DNA from: Mantamonas sphyraenae STR306
Lineage: Eukaryota; Protista; CRuMs
Direction: 5' to 3'
Assembly (NCBI GenBank): GCA_026936335.1
Contig: JAPMXV010000060.1
Coordinates: 1-64,000 of the forward strand
Length of the DNA stretch: 64,000 bases
Of this stretch, positions 59,701 through 64,000 are shown in pieces. The notes under the pieces were generated by a model, which saw only the letters and a list, made by a program, of their open reading frames with translations, made no database searches and was not told the origin of the DNA. Within the stretch, counting starts at the first letter, position 1. Each line of letters starts with the position of its first letter. The translations under genes and the position numbers were made by a program.

Positions 59701-60993
59701 TCCGAGGTAGTCTGTCTTGAGACCGTAGGCGTCGGAACCGAGGTTGGAGATGTCTGCCATGAGGGAGGATCGAGGCAGGCCGTACAGGTTGTACCACTTG
59801 GGAGGCATCTCCTCGATCTGGATGTCTGTAAACTTGAACTCCGTGGAGGAGACGAGGTCGGCGCCGACCATGTCCTCGTCCCAAACCTGGAAGTTGATGG
59901 CGTTGCTGAGAGTGGGCGTGAACACGGGCACACGGATCTCCTCGTACCACTCTGGGTTGTAGTTGTTCTTCTTGACGGAGGTCTTTTGCGACTCGTTGCC
60001 ACCAAACTTGACGGAGCAAAAGGCATCGATTTTGCCCATGACATCCATCTGGGGCAGGTCTTCGGCCTTGAAGCAGCGCACGCAGAGACTGTAGCCCGTG
60101 AGCTCGAGCTGGGGCGGACGCAGCACCATGGAGGAGATGTCCTCGCCGGCGTCTGTGTCGTCCTCGTCGTCCTCGTGAGTGGGAGGTTCCTCGCCAGCCT
60201 TGAGCACCGTGGCAGTGACAAGAAGGTATCCATGTGCCTCGGCGTCCTTCTCCAGGTCACAGAGCATGAGCCACTGGCGGTAGCACTCGTGGCCCTGCTG
60301 GCCGTACACGTAGTCGACCTCGAGCTCGTATTGGCCCTGCAGATGGGATTGGTTGGAAGAACGGCGGGAGTGTAAACAGGGCTGTGTCAGCAGTGTGTTG
60401 TGCGGGTAGTTGGACGCAAGCACCGTATCAAGGAGTGGCGGGGCGCCCTGGGGCTTTTTTGTGGGATTGAGGAGAGCGCGGAAAACGTACCACAAGCTCG
60501 TTTTTGAAGAAGGTGTTTGCGTCGTACACACCGATGTTGATTTTTGCCGAGGCGTACTCGTCGGGACTCCACTTGAAGTTGAAGAACATGAGATGGTCTG
60601 GGCAGGGGTGAGGCGAGGCGGGCGTGAGCGAGGGTCTGAAGAAAAGCTGGGCGAGGCGCGGCTTTTCGCTGACGCAAAATCGGGAGGGCTCGTGCGAGCA
60701 TCGACGGCCCGTAAACCTACCCCAGGTGCAGTTGGAGGTCTTTTTGTGGATCTCTGTGTTTTGTTTCTGGCCAGCACACTCGACGATGCACACGGGGTCG
60801 GTGGTGTCACCCCAGCCACTGCGTGGGACGGTGCAAAGCGGGAGATGGGGCAGCGGTGTCAGAGGCCCAATTCTCTGCAGGGTGCGGGTGCTAGGGCCCT
60901 GAAGGGCTGTCTTGCGCAGGTTACTTACACTCCCTTGAGCTCGCGCGCCTCGATGACGTGCACCATCACCTTGTAGTCTTCCTTGGTACCCAT
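56800..60993 (-). CDS. Ferlin-family multi-C2-domain tail-anchored protein
   Basis: Multiple C2 domains (AEDLPQMD, DSTGVSDPY, DSNGKADPY, GSTVIDLENR, TDIHW..GEFNWR); PAGLGRGEPN..PHL; C-terminal TM; several short 5' introns. Confidence 0.93.
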
Positions 60994-61053
60994 GGTTTTG
61001 TTGGCTGCCGAGCAAGAAGAGAGGTTGTCTGCGCGGGGGCAGGCAGCGTTTGC

Positions 61054-62649
61054 ATGTCTTCCAAGCTTCTGATCGGGTGAGCAAAATGTGTGGCAGCAGG
61101 GTGTGGAGTGATCACAACGCGGTGTGTGGTGCTGACTCGTCAGGATTGTTGCAGGTGCGTGGGCAAGCCATCGGCTGGAAAGAGCAGCTTTCTGAACGCT
61201 GCTACGGACGCGACAGCCAAGGTGGGCAACTATCCGTTCACGACCATCGAGCCAAACATTGGTGTGACACACTACGCCTATCCGTGTCCTTGCAAACGGT
61301 TCAACAAAAGCGAACAATGCGCTCCCAAGTACGGGAGCTGCCACGACGGAACACGGTTGATTCCTGTGAAGCTGCTGGATGTGGCTGGCCTGGTGCCCGG
61401 TGCAAGCGAGGGAGCAGGCAAGGGCAACCGATTCCTGGACGATCTACGCACTGCAGACGTGCTCATGCACGTGGTGGACGTGTCAGGAACAACGGACGAG
61501 CAGGGGCGAGAAACCGTCGGCTACGACCCCATCGACGACGTAGACTGGCTGCACGCTGAGATCCATGCTTGGATATACGCCAACTTGTGGAGCAAGTGGG
61601 ACACGATCAAAAGGCGGCACCAGCTGACGCGTACGTGGGGTGTTTTCCGTTGAGCTCCGACAAGGTTTCCTGGAAGCGACCTGCCAGACAGGGATGGACT
61701 GACACAGGTGCGCACGCACTCACGTGCGCTTTTGCACATTCAACACGTGCACACAGAATCGACGGCGCTGCACACGTTGCAGCGGCAGATGGGCGGGTAT
61801 GGAACGAAAGAGGTGGTGTTGGCCAAGGTGCTGGATCGGCTGGGGATCAACGAGCCATCCAACCTGCACGAGTGGGTGGAGGACGACGTGCATCGCTTCG
61901 TGGACATGTTCCTCGAGGTGCGCTTCCCTATCATCCTCGTGCTGAACAAAATCGATCTGCCAGACTCGGACAAGAACATCATGCGCATCTGTGAAAAGTA
62001 CGGAGACGAGCGCGTGGTGTGCACATCCGCCCTTGCCGAAATGCTTCTTCGCAAGATGGACAAGAGCGGATACATCCGCTACGAACCCGGTGCCGATGCC
62101 TTCTACACGGCGGAAGACGAGGAGGCGGAGGAGCAGTCGTCGTCGTCTTCGGCGTCATCATCGGCGGCAGGGCTGAAGAAGATGGATGAAAAGAAGAGCA
62201 AGCGGATGGAAAAGATCCAAGATCTGGTTCTGTTCCGGTACGGATCGACGGGTGTGCAGGATGCGGTGAACTTGGCTGTGGAAACGTGCCGCTACCTTCC
62301 AGTGTTTCCCGTGCGCAACCTCAAAACCTTTGGGACGGGAGACATGGGCGACAAACGTGCGTTTGTTGAGTGCTACCTGATCCCGCCTGGGGTCACCGTG
62401 CGCCAGTTTGCAGGCATGGTGTCCACTGCGTTGGAGGAGAACTACGGCTACGCCGAGGGAGTGGACGGGCGCAGGTTGGGTGAGAACGACGTCATCACGG
62501 ACAAGAACAACATCATCAAGTACACCGTGGTGGAGCGCCAGGATGCGGGGGCGTCGTCCAGCGGCACAGCAGCCAAGGAAGGCGAAGGCAAAGACAAGAA
62601 GGCGGCCAAGGCCAAGGACAAGAAAGACGTGGATGACAATGAATTCTAG
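61054..62649 (+). CDS. Obg-family GTPase/ATPase, YGR210C-like
   Basis: IGCVGKPSAGKS, YPFTTIEPN, CPC, LLDVAGLVPGA..G.GNRFLDDL and LNKID; intron 61077-61154 and a second intron near 61631-61750. Confidence 0.9.
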
Positions 62650-62679
62650 GGAGCTGCTTGCACTGGTGTCATTGTGGGA

Positions 62680-63333
62680 TCATCGATCATTGAGATTCGC
62701 GGTCGCCGAGCTGCTGCTGCTTCCAGCCTCGACGCTGGTCTCCTCCTTGGCGCTGCCTTGATCCATGTTGTTCTGCTTGCCCTTGTTTCCTCCTTGCTTG
62801 CCCTGCTTGCCTTGCTTTCCTTGCTTTCCTTGCTTTCCTTGCTTTCCCTGCTTGCCTTGCTTGCCCATTTTGGCAGTGTCCTCGACATCGCGATCAAGGA
62901 TCAGCGTCACAGGGCCGTCGTTGGTCAGCTTGACATCCATGTAGGCACCAAACACACCAGCCTTGATCTTGTCTTCGGAATAGAGTGACTGGGTCATGCC
63001 GACAACCTCGTCAAAGAGCACTGCGCCGTCCGTGCCGTTCATGGCTTTGTTGTAGTTCGGGCGCGTGCCCTTCTTGCAGTCTGCATACAGGGTAAACTGG
63101 GACACAAGCAGCACTTCGTACTGATTATCCATCACGCTGGTTGTCCAGGGCTTCCCGTCCTGGTTGTCCCACAGACGCAGCGAAAGCAGCTTGTTGATCA
63201 GCCACTCGGCCTCGGTCACCGTGTCGCTGGCGTTGAATCCCACCAGCACCATGAGGCCCGAGCCGATCGACGACACAATCGATCCTTCCACCTCTACTGA
63301 CGCATCCTTGACGCGCTGGACGACCAAACGCAT
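62680..63333 (-). CDS. DTD1: D-aminoacyl-tRNA deacylase 1
   Basis: MRLVVQRV..ASV, VSQFTL and FGAYMDV.LTNDGPVT; C-terminal (GKQ)n extension. Confidence 0.95.
   Translation of the reverse strand: MRLVVQRVKDASVEVEGSIVSSIGSGLMVLVGFNASDTVTEAEWLINKLLSLRLWDNQDGKPWTTSVMDNQYEVLLVSQFTLYADCKKGTRPNYNKAMNGTDGAVLFDEVVGMTQSLYSEDKIKAGVFGAYMDVKLTNDGPVTLILDRDVEDTAKMGKQGKQGKQGKQGKQGKQGKQGKQGGNKGKQNNMDQGSAKEETSVEAGSSSSSATANLNDR
62796..62865 (-). repeat. 9-bp coding repeat (GKQ) x ~8
   Basis: Tandem ttgc(t/c)tt(t/g)cc-type units in the DTD1 3' end. Confidence 0.9.
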
Positions 63334-63366
63334 TGCAACAGGCTGAAGAAAGGACGAAGAAGAAGA

Positions 63367-64000
63367 ATGTTTGGCTCGGTGAGTGCTTGCACGGACCTGC
63401 GTTCACGCTCAGTCGCTGTGGCGTCAATCACGTGCATTCCCTTCCCACACATCCAACACCCACACCTTTGTCTGTGTGAACTGACCCTGTGTGAATTGCT
63501 GCACGTGAGCAGAAGGCAGACAAGGAAGACCCCGAGTACGACGACTTTCTGGACGACGAGGACGAGGACGACGAGGTGGTCCACGTGGCCGGTCAGCTCG
63601 CAGAAGGGGCTGTGGAGAACGGTGGCAGCAGCAGTGCGGGTATACATACAGCAGAAAACACACAACAGGAATCACAGACGACGCAGGGCGAGTGGCAAGC
63701 GGCACGCAAGGTGCATCCGCAGCTGAACGTGGAGCCGCTGGCCATTGAGTACGCGCTGAACACAGCCACGCTGGAAGATTTGGGCAATGATCGTAGCGTG
63801 GCACGTGTATGGATTCCTCCCAGTGACTCGGATGCCATGGTCAAGCAGATGCTAGAGGAACAGGCGGTGGGCGGGGACTCGGACACGGATCTTGTGCCAC
63901 GCGTGTATGAAGGGGGCATGAAACTGTGGGAGGGCGGATTGGACCTTCCCAAGTACATGTGTGAAGCAAAGCTCGTGTGCAAAGACAAACGTGTGCTGGA
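63367..64000 (+). CDS. METTL18: Histidine protein methyltransferase (HPM1/METTL18-like), partial at window edge
   Basis: SDTDLVPRVYEGGMKLWEGGLDL...KDKRVLE; probable first exon ATG 63367 followed by a GTGAGT intron. Confidence 0.8.

Noticed and set aside
1-64000. Non-standard genetic code or programmed frameshifts
   Set aside because: TAA, TAG and TGA all terminate conserved genes, and the frame breaks I examined are explained by GT..AG introns.

Overview
This is the left end of a chromosome from a compact, GC-rich, intron-containing eukaryote. It is probably a protist and likely flagellated, given DNAJB13/RSP16-like and TXNDC15-like genes; the lineage cannot be determined from sequence alone. 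(CCCTAA)n telomeric repeats occupy 1-167. They are followed almost immediately by an orphan gene encoding four copies of an unrecognised ~150-aa domain, then a four-member subtelomeric family with the architecture RI/NLRC3-type LRRs + 2 ankyrin repeats + C-terminal F-box-like motif. The rest is densely packed genes: LAPTM-like, sedolisin, myosin-I, KXD1, Trx-UBA-UBX, ARMH3, COMMD3, two large paralogous unknown proteins, a 7TM protein, DnaJ, a WH2 protein, kelch proteins, HIRA, a CLC channel, TRAPPC12, ferlin, a YGR210C-type Obg GTPase, DTD1 and a partial METTL18. Notable structures: (1) a 1.18-kb inverted duplication (18700-19875 / 24112-25287), each arm carrying tRNA-Tyr, tRNA-Asn and the COMMD3 3' end, flanking a potentially flippable 4.2-kb cassette; (2) the LRR-ANK-F-box-like family, with homogenised C-termini and recent 84-bp LRR expansion; (3) three adjacent bacterial-looking genes (43272-48162); (4) orientation-independent G/C strand skew strong enough to shift paralog amino-acid composition; (5) divergent gene pairs whose start codons are only ~30-115 bp apart. 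Exon boundaries were inferred by eye (GT..AG plus reading-frame consistency), and family assignments come from recognised motifs, not database searches.
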